DNA of 64,000 bases from Vicinamibacterales bacterium (GCA_046331345.1 JAXLRA010000009.1:69427-133426); one strand, 5' to 3'. Shown: positions 49,195 to 59,033, numbered from the stretch's first letter. Notes: a model not told the origin generated them from the sequence alone. Translations and numbers: made by a program.

Positions 49195-49359
49195 TCATGA
49201 TCTGCCCTCGTGGCGACGGCGTTCGTGCGCCTGCAGCCTGTCCTGGAACTGGTGCTTCGGCTCCTCGATGCGGTCGCGCAGGGCCGGCGAGCGCAGCCAC
49301 GCGAGCGCGAACAGGCCCGTCAGCACGAGCGATGCCCCGACGATGAGGTTCGTAATCAT
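49195..49359 (-). CDS. 54-aa single-TM small protein (MITNLIVGASLVLTGLFALAWL...), translationally coupled on both sides by ATGA
   Basis: Its ATG overlaps the ccoOP stop, and its TGA overlaps the cytochrome ATG at 49198. High GC3. Confidence 0.45.
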   Translation of the reverse strand: MITNLIVGASLVLTGLFALAWLRSPALRDRIEEPKHQFQDRLQAHERRRHEGRS

Positions 49360-50600
49360 GGCTGCGCCGCTCCGGTCCGGCCGGTGTAGAACGCCCGCAC
49401 GTAGTGCGAAACGGCCGTCACGTCGGCATCGGAGAGTTCGGTCGTGAACGGGGCCATGGGGGTACCGGGCACTCCGCGCCTGATGGCAGCGGCGGCGCGC
49501 GCGAGCGTGGCGCGCTGTGCAGTGAAGTCGGCCGGCGCCACCGCCAGCGCGGCGGCTGCCGTGCCCAGTCCATCACCGCGGGCGCCGTGGCACTGGGCGC
49601 AGTGCTGCTGATAGACGCGGGAACCCTGTTCGAGCTGTTCCGCCGCGGGAACCGGGTCCTGGGAGGGGGCGTGCAGCGCCTGCACGGCTGCGACCAGTGA
49701 GGCGAGATCGGCCGGGGCGTGATCGCGCCACGCGGGCATGGCGGTGCCGGACACCCCGTTCCACAGGGCCTGCGCGACACGCGCGCCGGTGTACTCGTGG
49801 TCGGCCAGGTTGGCGGGAGCCGGCGAGAGACCGGCGGCGCCTGGACCATCGCCCGCGCCTCGGGGTCCGTGGCACGACGCGCAGTGGTCGGCGTAGAGCC
49901 TGGCCCCGGCGGCTCCGTCGGCTGCGCCTGGCAGCGCGGGCACCTCGCGCGATCGGCGGGTGCGCGCCGGGTTGGCGTTGAGCGGGCCGTGAAACGCCAT
50001 CTGCATCATCTCGTCGTCGGCGCAGTTGCAGGCCTCGCGCGCGTGGGCTTCGCCTTCCGGGGCCGCAAGCTCGCGCGCCCGGCCGAGCGAGTTCAGGTAG
50101 GCGACGAGGTCGCGCGCATCCTGCCGCGGCCGGGTGGAGGCACCGTCGAAGAGGCCCGGGTAGGCGGGCATCACCGAGAGCGACACCACGGAGCGCGGGG
50201 CGAAGAAATGCTGATAGTGCCAGTCGTCGGAATGGTTGCCGCCCGCGCGCGCCAGGTCCGGGCCGATGCGCCGCGTCCCCCACAGGTGCGGGTAGTCGAA
50301 CCGCGTCTCCCACGCGAGTGTCGGCGCCCCGAAGCGCGCTTCGTCCGACTCCAGATAGCGGACCTGCTGCGTGTGGCAATAGGCGCAGCCCTCGCGTGCG
50401 TAGATCGCGCGGCCGCGCTGCTCGCTCGCACTGAGCGGCAGGGCGGCGGCAGGGGCCATGGCCTTCGCATCGGCGTCGAGCACGCGCTTCGGCCAGTAGC
50501 CGAGCAGGAGTACCGAGAGGATGAAGAACCCGATGCCCGCCACGCTGGCAACGAAGTAGGCAGTGCGGAGGGCGCTGCCGGTGCGGTTCGTCGTGCTCAT
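49356..50600 (-). CDS. cbb3-type cytochrome c oxidase CcoO-CcoP fusion (monoheme CcoO domain followed by a diheme CcoP-like domain)
   Basis: N-terminal TM, then the CcoO block GRAIYAREGCAYCHTQQVR...FAPRSVV..MPAY. Two further CxxCH motifs follow (CASCH, CAQCH). The start overlaps the ccoN stop (ATGA). Confidence 0.7.
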   Translation of the reverse strand: MSTTNRTGSALRTAYFVASVAGIGFFILSVLLLGYWPKRVLDADAKAMAPAAALPLSASEQRGRAIYAREGCAYCHTQQVRYLESDEARFGAPTLAWETRFDYPHLWGTRRIGPDLARAGGNHSDDWHYQHFFAPRSVVSLSVMPAYPGLFDGASTRPRQDARDLVAYLNSLGRARELAAPEGEAHAREACNCADDEMMQMAFHGPLNANPARTRRSREVPALPGAADGAAGARLYADHCASCHGPRGAGDGPGAAGLSPAPANLADHEYTGARVAQALWNGVSGTAMPAWRDHAPADLASLVAAVQALHAPSQDPVPAAEQLEQGSRVYQQHCAQCHGARGDGLGTAAAALAVAPADFTAQRATLARAAAAIRRGVPGTPMAPFTTELSDADVTAVSHYVRAFYTGRTGAAQP

Positions 50601-51988
50601 GCGAACTCCGGCGCAACGGTGTCGGCGGGCACGTCAGCGCTCACGCCGGACTGCGGACCCGTGGTGAACCCGACGAGCAGCGCGATGAACCCACCAACGA
50701 GCGGGATGGCCGAGAGCGAGCGGATGGCCCAGTACGGTTTCGATGCGGTGACGGCCGCCAGCCACGGCGCGCCCGATTTCCAGAACGCCCCCTGCTGCAG
50801 GCCGGCCAGCGTCAGGTCCGACATCATCACGATCACCCCGATGGTGAGCAGCCACCACGCGAGCTCGATCGCCGGGCGGTTGAAGTGCCGGCCCGGCAGG
50901 CGCTCCCACGCGTAGACCAGCCCGCCCGCGGCCGCGAAGCTGGCGAAGCCGAGCATCGCCAGGTGCGCGTGGCCGATCACCCAATCAGTGAAGTGCACGG
51001 TCTGGTTGATTGACATCTGCGCCTGCAGCGCGCCCTGCACGCTGACGATCACGTAGAACAGCGTCGACGCACCCATGAAGCGCAGCGCCGGATCCCGCGG
51101 CAGGAACCCTGCGCCTCGCATCGACAGGAACAGATTGGTGACGACGATGAGGACGGTGACGCCGAGGAGTCCGGAAGCCGCCACCGCGCCGACCTGCGCC
51201 GGCATCGGGATGACGGAGAACACGTAGTGGTGCGTGCCGTTCAGCGGATACAGGAAGAACAGCAGCCAGAACCCGAGCATCGACAGGAAGTGGCTGAACA
51301 CTGGCCGTCCCATCGACGCCGGAATCACGAAGTAGATGATGGCCAGCGCCATTGGCGTGACGAACAGGCCCACGGCGTCGTGAATCCAGAGCCCGCTGAA
51401 TGCCGCACCCGCCGCACCAGGCACGAACTCCGGCACGAGGTTGCCCATCGGGTACGCGAGCAGGGTGAAGATGAGGCCGCCGAGCACGTACCAGCTGGAC
51501 ACGTAGAGCGACTCCACGCCGCCCCTGAAGAAGCCGGGGAGGAACTGCACGGCTGCCATCAGGAAGCAGACGACGATCATCGCGTCGATCACCAGCGGGA
51601 ACTCGGCCCACTCGAGCGGCTGGCTCACGCCGGACAGCACGAGCAGCCAGCCCGGCACCACGACCGCGAGGTTCCACAGTGCGAAGAGCCACTGCCCGAG
51701 GCGCCGGCTCATGACCGGGCGTCCGCTCAGCACCGGCACGCCGTGATAGAGGAACGCCAGGAACGCGTTCACCAGCCAGCCGAAGAGGATGCCCTGAGTG
51801 TGCGCGTAGCGCAGCCGCCCCCACGAGAGCCAGGCCGTGCCGCCCGTGAGGTCGGGCCACAGCAGTTCGAGGGACGCGATGACGCCGAAACTGGCCGCGA
51901 ACAGCAGCGTCGCCAGCGAGGCGATGCCGTGGGCGAAGACCAGGTCGTGTTCGATGGCGGGCGCGGTGCGCGGTGCGGGCGGGCGCAT
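50597..51988 (-). CDS. ccoN: cbb3-type cytochrome c oxidase subunit I (CcoN)
   Basis: 463 aa, 12 TM helices, and heme-copper oxidase His ligands (WIHDAVGLF, HHYVFSV, GHAHLAMLG). Confidence 0.8.
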   Translation of the reverse strand: MRPPAPRTAPAIEHDLVFAHGIASLATLLFAASFGVIASLELLWPDLTGGTAWLSWGRLRYAHTQGILFGWLVNAFLAFLYHGVPVLSGRPVMSRRLGQWLFALWNLAVVVPGWLLVLSGVSQPLEWAEFPLVIDAMIVVCFLMAAVQFLPGFFRGGVESLYVSSWYVLGGLIFTLLAYPMGNLVPEFVPGAAGAAFSGLWIHDAVGLFVTPMALAIIYFVIPASMGRPVFSHFLSMLGFWLLFFLYPLNGTHHYVFSVIPMPAQVGAVAASGLLGVTVLIVVTNLFLSMRGAGFLPRDPALRFMGASTLFYVIVSVQGALQAQMSINQTVHFTDWVIGHAHLAMLGFASFAAAGGLVYAWERLPGRHFNRPAIELAWWLLTIGVIVMMSDLTLAGLQQGAFWKSGAPWLAAVTASKPYWAIRSLSAIPLVGGFIALLVGFTTGPQSGVSADVPADTVAPEFA

Positions 51989-52214
51989 GTGGCCCGATTA
52001 TATGCGCCCGGGTGGACGAGCGTTCCGGACGGCTGCCGGGGGACTGGTGGAGACGGCGCCGCCTGGTCTGCACGCGAGTTCTGAGTTCTAACGCCTGAGT
52101 TCTGACGTCGGGACGGGTTCGCGGTGCTCCGACCTGACCCACCGCTCCGGCCTGAGTCATTTGTCGGAATTTTGATGACACTGTAGAGCTAGGATCGACA
52201 GTGAGGCACCAGCG

Positions 52215-54536
52215 GTGGATGAACCCACGCCCGCAGCCGTGACGCATCAGGGCCAGGCGAACCCGGCCTTTGGGCAGTTCGCGCGCCTCTGCGCCGAGAA
52301 CAGCAGCGTAGGACTGGTGTACTTCGACCGCGATGCGAATGCCGTCTGGATCAACCCCGCGGCCGCTCGCTCCTTCGGCTTGAGCCAAGGGGATCTGCCG
52401 CGGCTCGCCAGTCACGAGCGGCGTTCGATGATGCTGGCGGAGGACGGAACGCCGCTCGCGCCACATGACTTTGCGCCCGTCCAGGCCATTCGGACGGGGC
52501 GGACAATTCAGCAGGTGTTCGGCTTGCCGACGGGTGCCTGGTTCGAGGCCAGCGTCCAGCCTGTAATCGATGCTGGTGGTGCCGTGAATGGAGCCGTGAT
52601 GTCCGTCACGGACATTACGGCGGTCCGGCTTGCCCGCAGCGAACTGGCAAAGACCGAAGCCATGCTGTCGTCCGTCTTCGCCGCGATGCAGGAAGGCGTC
52701 GTCGTGCAGAAGCGCGGCGGAGCCATCATCCACGCGAACGCTGCCGCCGAACGCATCCTCGGATTGACCGCCGACCAGATGTCCGGTCGGACATCGATGG
52801 ACCCCCGGTGGAAGGCAGAGCACGAGGACGGTACGCCGTTTCCGGGCGAGACCCATCCGGCGATGGTCGCCCTGGCGACGGGTAAACCCGTACGCGGCGT
52901 CGTGATGGCAGTTCACCGTCCTGCGGACGCTTCGCGCGCACTTATCGAGATCAACTCCGAGCCGCTTTGGAGCACGGCTCAGAGCGTGACCCATGCGGTG
53001 ACGACTTTCCTCGACATCACGAAGAGGAGAGCCGCGGAGAACGAGCTTCGGGCGATGGCTGCTCGGGTATCGGACCTGTACGATCGCGCCCCGTGCGGCT
53101 ATCACTCGCTCGGCCCTGACGGCCGGTATCTGGAGATCAACCAGACCGAGCTCGAGTGGCTGGGCGTGTCGCGCGAAGACGTCATCGGCCTCAAGAGCCC
53201 GTCTGATTTCATGACCGAGGAAAGTCGCGAGACGTTTCCGGCGCACTGCGCTGAGCTTCGCGCCGGACATGAGACTCACGGGGTGGAGTGCGACATTGTC
53301 AGGCCGGGTGGCGGGACTAGACGTGTCAGCGTGACAGCCTCGTCAGTTACGGCTGAAGACGGGCGGTTCCTGAGGACGCGCTCCGTCATGTATGACATCT
53401 CGGACCTGCACGAACTCCGCAAAGCACTGATGCAGAGGACCCACGAGATGGAGTCGATGCTCGACAACGATGTCGTCGCCATCGCGCGACTGCGGAACCG
53501 CCGTTTCGTCTGGGTCAATCGCGCTGCCGCCGCCATGTTCGGTTATGAGCCGCAGCAGATGGTCGGGCTGTCAACCCGCGTGACGTATCCCGAGGATTCT
53601 GCGTTCGAGGCCACAGGCAAGTCCTTCTATGCTCAGGTGCGCGCGACGGGTGCTTTCCGCCAGCAGACCGAGTTGGTGAGGAAAGACGGTTCACGTATCT
53701 GGGTCGATCTCTACGGAGCGCCGCTGGCCGGCACGGACGACGCCCTGGCGTTCTTCGCCGATCTCACGGCGATTCGCAATGCACAGGCGCGCATGATGGA
53801 GGCGCGGCGGATGGAGTCCGTTGGTCGCCTGGCTGGTGGAGTCGCGCACGAGTTCAACAACAAGCTGCAGACGGTGCTCGGAATATCTGAATTGGCGCTG
53901 CTCGACACCGGCGTCAGCGAAGCAACCGCGCAGGACTTTCACGAGATTCAGAAAGCGGCACGGCACGCGGCTGATATTGCCCGGCAGTTGATGGCCTACG
54001 CTGGAAAGCAGCACGGCGTGGCTGAAGTGACCGACCTCCGCTCGGCGGTGAAGGCTCGGTTCCCGCTTCTGACGCCCCTGCTGCCGATGGGCGTGGAACT
54101 GGCCCTCGACGCGAATGACGCCGTGTGGCCGGTGCGGATCGACCCCGCGCAACTCACCGAAGCGCTCGCCAATCTCGTGATGAACGCCATCGAATCGATC
54201 GCGGCAGACGGGCGCGTTTCCATTCACGTCGGCAATCTCACGGTTGATCCGGAACGTGCCGAGCGCACCGCCGAAGGTCGCACAGGCGACTTCGTGGAGA
54301 TCCTGGTGCGTGATACGGGCGTTGGAATGTCGCCCGACGTGTTGAAACGAGCGTGTGAACCCTTCTTCACCACGAAGCGGTTCGGACGGAACAGCGGACT
54401 CGGCCTGTCTACCGTGTACGGAAGCGCCCTTCAGAATGGCGGCTGGCTGGAAATATCAAGCGAGGTCGGCAGGGGCACAGCCGTTTCCTTCCTGCTGCCG
54501 CGAATGGGCGCACAGTCGACGCCAGGAAGCCACTGA
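52215..54536 (+). CDS. Multi-PAS (about 4 PAS/PAC) sensor histidine kinase
   Basis: Repeated PAS blocks, HisKA (VAHEFNNKLQ) and HATPase_c (DTGVGM, GLGLSTV). GTG start. Confidence 0.8.
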   Translation: MDEPTPAAVTHQGQANPAFGQFARLCAENSSVGLVYFDRDANAVWINPAAARSFGLSQGDLPRLASHERRSMMLAEDGTPLAPHDFAPVQAIRTGRTIQQVFGLPTGAWFEASVQPVIDAGGAVNGAVMSVTDITAVRLARSELAKTEAMLSSVFAAMQEGVVVQKRGGAIIHANAAAERILGLTADQMSGRTSMDPRWKAEHEDGTPFPGETHPAMVALATGKPVRGVVMAVHRPADASRALIEINSEPLWSTAQSVTHAVTTFLDITKRRAAENELRAMAARVSDLYDRAPCGYHSLGPDGRYLEINQTELEWLGVSREDVIGLKSPSDFMTEESRETFPAHCAELRAGHETHGVECDIVRPGGGTRRVSVTASSVTAEDGRFLRTRSVMYDISDLHELRKALMQRTHEMESMLDNDVVAIARLRNRRFVWVNRAAAAMFGYEPQQMVGLSTRVTYPEDSAFEATGKSFYAQVRATGAFRQQTELVRKDGSRIWVDLYGAPLAGTDDALAFFADLTAIRNAQARMMEARRMESVGRLAGGVAHEFNNKLQTVLGISELALLDTGVSEATAQDFHEIQKAARHAADIARQLMAYAGKQHGVAEVTDLRSAVKARFPLLTPLLPMGVELALDANDAVWPVRIDPAQLTEALANLVMNAIESIAADGRVSIHVGNLTVDPERAERTAEGRTGDFVEILVRDTGVGMSPDVLKRACEPFFTTKRFGRNSGLGLSTVYGSALQNGGWLEISSEVGRGTAVSFLLPRMGAQSTPGSH

Positions 54537-54663
54537 CGGCTCTGGTCCGCCGCCGGCCACTGCGACACGGCCACGCTCCCGCAGCGCTCATGCACCCCTG
54601 ACGTTTCGGTCGTCCAGCAGGGCAAAGCCGATACAGGCAGCTAAAGTGTTTGTATTGTGTGGA

Positions 54664-54714
54664 TTAAGTGGTGGGCGCTACTGGATTCGAACCAGTGACC
54701 TCATGCGTGTGAAG
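54664..54714. repeat. 51-bp direct repeat identical to the 3' half of tRNA-Val (attL-type) bounding the integrated element
   Basis: ttaagtggtgggcgctactggattcgaaccagtgacctcatgcgtgtgaag is identical to 60182..60232. Confidence 0.8.
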
Positions 54715-54927
54715 GATTTCAGCTACTAGCACACGGTAGATCGCCGTACTCCGACCTGACACAAATCAGCGAGATCACTGAGCAAATCACTGCGATTCAC
54801 GTTGTACGCAGTACTAGCGCGTGCTACCGTCGTCCACGTCCGCTGCACCCCCACTGCACCCCAGCGAATCCGCTCAAGGGTGCAATTCCACAGGTGGGGC
54901 ATCCGTTCAGCGCCTGAGGACTCGACC

Positions 54928-56136
54928 ATGCTCCGGAAGATCACTGTTGAACTGACGCGCAAGCTTCCCACCCGCGACGTGGACATCCGTGACACCAAGC
55001 TCACCGGTTTCATGATCCGCTGCCGGGCGACGGGCAGGCACGTCTACCGGGTCCAACTGGGACGTGCGCGCGCGATGACAATCGGGCCGGTGGCGGAATT
55101 GACGCCGGAGCAGGCCAGAGACAAGGCGTGGGAGCACCTGAACGCCGACAAGAGGGGGCTGGACCCTGTCGCCCGGAAGCGCGCAGAGAAGGCCCGCAAG
55201 CCCTTCAGCGCCTTTCTGGACGACGACTATGAGCCGTGGGTGCTGGAGCACCACAAGCGGGGTGCTGAATCGCTGCGTCGTCTCCGCACGGTGTTTGCCG
55301 AACTGAATCACCGCAAGCTCGATGAGATCACGGCGTTCACTGTGGAGAGTTGGCGAACGAAGTGGCTGAAGTCCACAGGTGCCAAACCGGCAACCGTGAA
55401 CAGCTACGTCACAACGCTTCGCGCCGCCCTGTCCCGCGCGGTCGAGTGGGGCATGATTCCGGCGCACCCCCTCAAGAGCGTGAAGCAGTTGAAGGAAGAC
55501 AAGACCGGCCGCGTGAGGTTCCTCAGCGCCGCCGAGGAAACCCGCCTTCGCGACGCCCTGGCCAAGCGAGACGAGGCACGCAAGGCGCGCCGGGAGAAGG
55601 CGAACGCATGGCGGCGTGCGCGGGGCTATGCCGAGTACGACGCGGAAGGGCGGGACCACGTCACCGCGATTGTGCTGCTGGCCCTGAATACCGGACTCCG
55701 CAAGGGCGAGGTCTTCAATCTGGGATGGGCGGATGTGGACTTGCTGACCAAGCTCGTGACGGTGCGCGGCGAGGGGGCGAAGTCCGGTCAGACTCGCTAC
55801 GTCAACCTGAACGATGAGGCTCTTGCCGTGCTGAAGGACTGGCGCAAGCTCTCTGGCGGTGACGGCTACGTGTTCCCCGGCCGCGTCGAGGGCAAGCCGC
55901 TGGAAGACATCAAGCACGCGTGGGGGCCGCTGATGGAGTCCGCGCGGATCACGAACTTCACGATCCACGACCTCCGCCACACATTCGCGTCGAATCTCGT
56001 GATGGCTGGCGTGGACCTGAACACGGTGCGAGAACTGCTCGGACACGCCGACATCAAGATGACGCTGCGTTACGCGCATCTCGCCCCGGAGCACAAGGCT
56101 GCGGCCGTCCAGACCCTGATGCGGCGCGTGTCGTAA
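54928..56136 (+). CDS. Tyrosine-type site-specific integrase (phage integrase family)
   Basis: 402 aa with a C-terminal catalytic box (HDLRHTFAS...LLGHADIKMTLRYAHL) and an N-terminal SAM-like/arm-binding domain. Confidence 0.8.
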   Translation: MLRKITVELTRKLPTRDVDIRDTKLTGFMIRCRATGRHVYRVQLGRARAMTIGPVAELTPEQARDKAWEHLNADKRGLDPVARKRAEKARKPFSAFLDDDYEPWVLEHHKRGAESLRRLRTVFAELNHRKLDEITAFTVESWRTKWLKSTGAKPATVNSYVTTLRAALSRAVEWGMIPAHPLKSVKQLKEDKTGRVRFLSAAEETRLRDALAKRDEARKARREKANAWRRARGYAEYDAEGRDHVTAIVLLALNTGLRKGEVFNLGWADVDLLTKLVTVRGEGAKSGQTRYVNLNDEALAVLKDWRKLSGGDGYVFPGRVEGKPLEDIKHAWGPLMESARITNFTIHDLRHTFASNLVMAGVDLNTVRELLGHADIKMTLRYAHLAPEHKAAAVQTLMRRVS

Positions 56137-56207
56137 AAAGATCGCAAGGCAAAGATCGGCGCTATAGATAGCACAGTCATTCTGCGCGCTACCCGTACGC
56201 TGGATCC

Positions 56208-56447
56208 GTGATGACGAGCGCACCAGACTCACGCCCCGCCGCGCAGACCAGCGCAGCGCCAACCCCCGCTACGCTGTTCGAGAACGACGCCGCCAACTAC
56301 GTCGGCTTCTCGACGGCCTATCTCCGGCTCTGCCGGTCGAAGGGGCGTGGCCCCGCATTCATCCGAGTTGGCCGTTCCATCCGGTACCGCGTAGCCGACC
56401 TGGACGCATGGCTTGACGCTCACCGCGTCGAGTTCCGCAACCGCTGA
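56208..56447 (+). CDS. AlpA/excisionase-like helix-turn-helix DNA-binding protein
   Basis: 79 aa. The FSTAYLRLCRSKGRGPAFIRVGRSIRYRVADLDAWL pattern matches MerR/AlpA-type Xis. Confidence 0.5.
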   Translation: MMTSAPDSRPAAQTSAAPTPATLFENDAANYVGFSTAYLRLCRSKGRGPAFIRVGRSIRYRVADLDAWLDAHRVEFRNR

Positions 56448-56617
56448 CTCTGCGATCTCCGCTCACCTGTTCGCCATGAACCGGTGAACGTCTGCACGTG
56501 CGCGTTCCCGTGCGCGTGGGTGGTCTGGGGCGCGTGAGCCGGGCGGTAGCTGCTGCCTTGCCACTGCTGCGGCGGTGGCCGATCACCTTCAACTCTTGAT
56601 TGCCCGAGGTGTGTCTA

Positions 56618-57211
56618 ATGGCACTGACGACGAAGTGGCCTACGCTGAATCTGGCAGCGGAGTGGAAGGGACGGCACAAGATCAAGCCGCACAACGTGCG
56701 GCGCGCGTGGGACGACTACCTGGGGCGCTTCCCGTGGGAGTGGTTCTGTACCCTGACGTTCGACCCGAACCGGGCCCACTCCAAGCGCGACCTCGTAGAC
56801 CGGGAAGCGTTCGACTGGTGCAATCTGACGGCGCGGACAGTGCGGAGGCCAATCGGCTGGGTCTACGCGCCAGAGCGCACGCGCAGCGGCGCGTGGCACG
56901 CGCACGTCCTGATGACCGGAGGGATCGAACGGCGAGAACTGCGGGCCTCAGAAGCCTTCTGGCGCGCGCGAAACGGCATTCTGGACATCAAGGCTGTCTG
57001 GGAGCGCCGGGGCGTTAGCATCTACACCTCAAAGTCCGCTTCGATGGCGGGCACGCTGGTTTGCTCCGACACTCTGATGCGCTACCGCAGCGGTCTTCAG
57101 GACTCAGTGCTGGTCGCGCTTCATCCTGCCGAACCTGACGCCGCAATCGCCGTCGCCGATTGCTGGACAACACGCGAAGCGCCTAGTTGTCCCGAGCGCG
57201 CTGACGATTAA
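56618..57211 (+). CDS. HUH-endonuclease rolling-circle replication initiator (Rep)-like protein
   Basis: Motif 1 FCTLTFDP, HUH motif AWHAHVLM, and a candidate catalytic Tyr in SIYTSK. Confidence 0.5.
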   Translation: MALTTKWPTLNLAAEWKGRHKIKPHNVRRAWDDYLGRFPWEWFCTLTFDPNRAHSKRDLVDREAFDWCNLTARTVRRPIGWVYAPERTRSGAWHAHVLMTGGIERRELRASEAFWRARNGILDIKAVWERRGVSIYTSKSASMAGTLVCSDTLMRYRSGLQDSVLVALHPAEPDAAIAVADCWTTREAPSCPERADD

Positions 57212-57228
57212 ACAGTTCGAGGAAATTC

Positions 57229-57513
57229 GTGGCCAGAAACATCAGCGGACTGCGGCGCGGCGGGCCTGGACGACCGAAAGGTGTGCCGAACGTCGCTACC
57301 CGCACGCTCAAAGAGTTCTGGGGTGGGTTCTTCGACTCCCAAGAGTATCGGCAGAGCGCAAAGCGTCGCATGCTGGCGGGGCGGGCACCCCACTTGGAGA
57401 CGTACCTGCTGTCCAGAGTGTTCGGTCGGCCCGTTGCTGGCGAAGATTCAACGGCTCTTGCTGGGCCCGCGATAATCACCTACCGCTGGCTCAACGATTC
57501 TGACCTGGGTTGA
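57229..57513 (+). CDS. Hypothetical small basic protein (island cargo)
   Basis: 94-aa ORF with a GTG start. Weak coding evidence. Confidence 0.3.
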   Translation: MARNISGLRRGGPGRPKGVPNVATRTLKEFWGGFFDSQEYRQSAKRRMLAGRAPHLETYLLSRVFGRPVAGEDSTALAGPAIITYRWLNDSDLG

Positions 57514-57790
57514 CGCAGCTGTCCCGCCGGTCAAGGGAATGCCGTCGCGGATGTAAACGTCCACGGGTGGCAAGCTTGCGCGTCTGCTTATCGATGATGC
57601 GAGCGCGCGTCCTGGCTGGGGATAGCAACCGGGAGGTTCAGCCGCTGCGTTGAATGCCGTACCGCCACTGCGTCCTAGCGTCGGGTAGGGGGACCGCGTT
57701 GGACATTCATGCTTGCCTAGATAGAATGCCCGGCGAAAGGTTCAAGCCCGCTTGCCACGATGGCTTGGGCCCTCGTTGTGGAGGCCTTTG

Positions 57791-58837
57791 ATGACGCGCG
57801 CGCCCCTCGATGCGTTTGGACGTTCCCTTGCGACCGCTCTGAGTAGTGCAACCCTTGCATCTGCTATCGCGTGTAGCGGCGGGTCCACGAGTCCGACGCA
57901 AAACTCTGGCAACGCAGGGGGCTCTAGCGGCACGGTGGCGGCACCTACGCAAGCGCGACTGACGGTAAATGCCACCGAGACCTTTAGCGGGAGTCCGATC
58001 ACCGTCGACTACACAGCAATTTGCGGCGGCTCCAAGGCTAGTGGCAAGACGAATGCAGAAGGCGTACTAGTTCCTGTAGGGACCTGCGAAGTCAGAGTTG
58101 GGATGGACGCGAGCGACAGCCGAACATCGTCGCAGTTGGTGCCCTCAATCTACTCGAACTACACCATTGCCGGGGACACAACACTGACGACTGATCTCCC
58201 AAGCTGGGAGAAGCTATTCAAGCCGGCTTCCCATCCAAACCTTGAGCCCAAGCACTTCATCGAAGCGTACAGAGGTAGAGGCAATCAAGGCGTGAACCAA
58301 ACCTGGCGGACACAGCCATCCAAGTACGTCGTCAGCGACCCCAATGGACGCCTGTCTCAGTATGCCGACCCTAGGCAAAACCCGGAGTTTGACTACATCA
58401 TTCGGGCGTTTGAAGCGGTCAATGACTACACGAGGGGCTTCCTGAGGGTTCCGGATCGGGGCGAGATTGAAATCACGGCCCAGAATAGGGACCACACGAC
58501 GCTGAGAGAGGGTGAATTCCTGATCAAAATCTCCTCGGGAGGGAACGAGTGGGAGATGCGTCGCAACAACGAGATCATTGCTAGCTATGCGCTAGGAAAC
58601 ACAGACGTCGCAAACGCGTTTACGCTCCAATCAGAAATGGTCTCTGCCGTGCAGGGAGGAGACAGCGAAAGCGAGCCCTACTCTCGGAACGGGATGAGAA
58701 ATGCAAGAGTGCTCGACATAGATAGAGTCTGGGGAGAGTTCAACTATCAAAAGAGAAGAAATGGGGAGAAGATTCTCCCGTCAGGTGACATCACACCGTC
58801 GCCATTCGACTTTCCCGTCGAATTTAGGCTTCAGTGA
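57791..58837 (+). CDS. Hypothetical lipoprotein (island cargo, lower GC)
   Basis: GGAGG SD. Lipobox ASAIAC|SGG. Codon usage is atypical for the host. Confidence 0.5.
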   Translation: MTRAPLDAFGRSLATALSSATLASAIACSGGSTSPTQNSGNAGGSSGTVAAPTQARLTVNATETFSGSPITVDYTAICGGSKASGKTNAEGVLVPVGTCEVRVGMDASDSRTSSQLVPSIYSNYTIAGDTTLTTDLPSWEKLFKPASHPNLEPKHFIEAYRGRGNQGVNQTWRTQPSKYVVSDPNGRLSQYADPRQNPEFDYIIRAFEAVNDYTRGFLRVPDRGEIEITAQNRDHTTLREGEFLIKISSGGNEWEMRRNNEIIASYALGNTDVANAFTLQSEMVSAVQGGDSESEPYSRNGMRNARVLDIDRVWGEFNYQKRRNGEKILPSGDITPSPFDFPVEFRLQ

Positions 58838-59033
58838 AGACGTGAGGCTCCAGAACCATTTCAGCACCGCCCTTGTCCCCAAACGTTGCTCGTCGTCCTG
58901 GCGCCGGAATGGGCGGCGCTGCAACGCCGCGATCTCGCCGACCTCCGCCCCACAAACAATCCAAGGCAGTGGCCGGTTTAACTCCAAGCGGACCGGCGGC
59001 GTTTGCGCTGGCCAGAGATGAACCCTGGCTGTT

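Noticed and set aside
48464-49300. 278-aa minus-strand ORF starting MAALAGPARPH...
   Set aside because: It is a different frame of the diheme cytochrome region with no CxxCH motif. The ATG at 49198 belongs to the frameshifted cytochrome gene (see the finding).
52020-52215. Searched for an FNR/CRP-type box (TTGAT-N4-ATCAA) upstream of ccoN
   Set aside because: Only a loose GTCAT-N14-ATGAC inverted repeat is present. It is not convincing as an FNR site.
50985-53279. 764-aa minus-strand ORF spanning ccoN and the PAS kinase 5' end
   Set aside because: It is off-frame to ccoN and antisense to the kinase. No TM pattern.
54907-56262. 451-aa minus-strand ORF antisense to the integrase
   Set aside because: The integrase catalytic box is on the plus strand.
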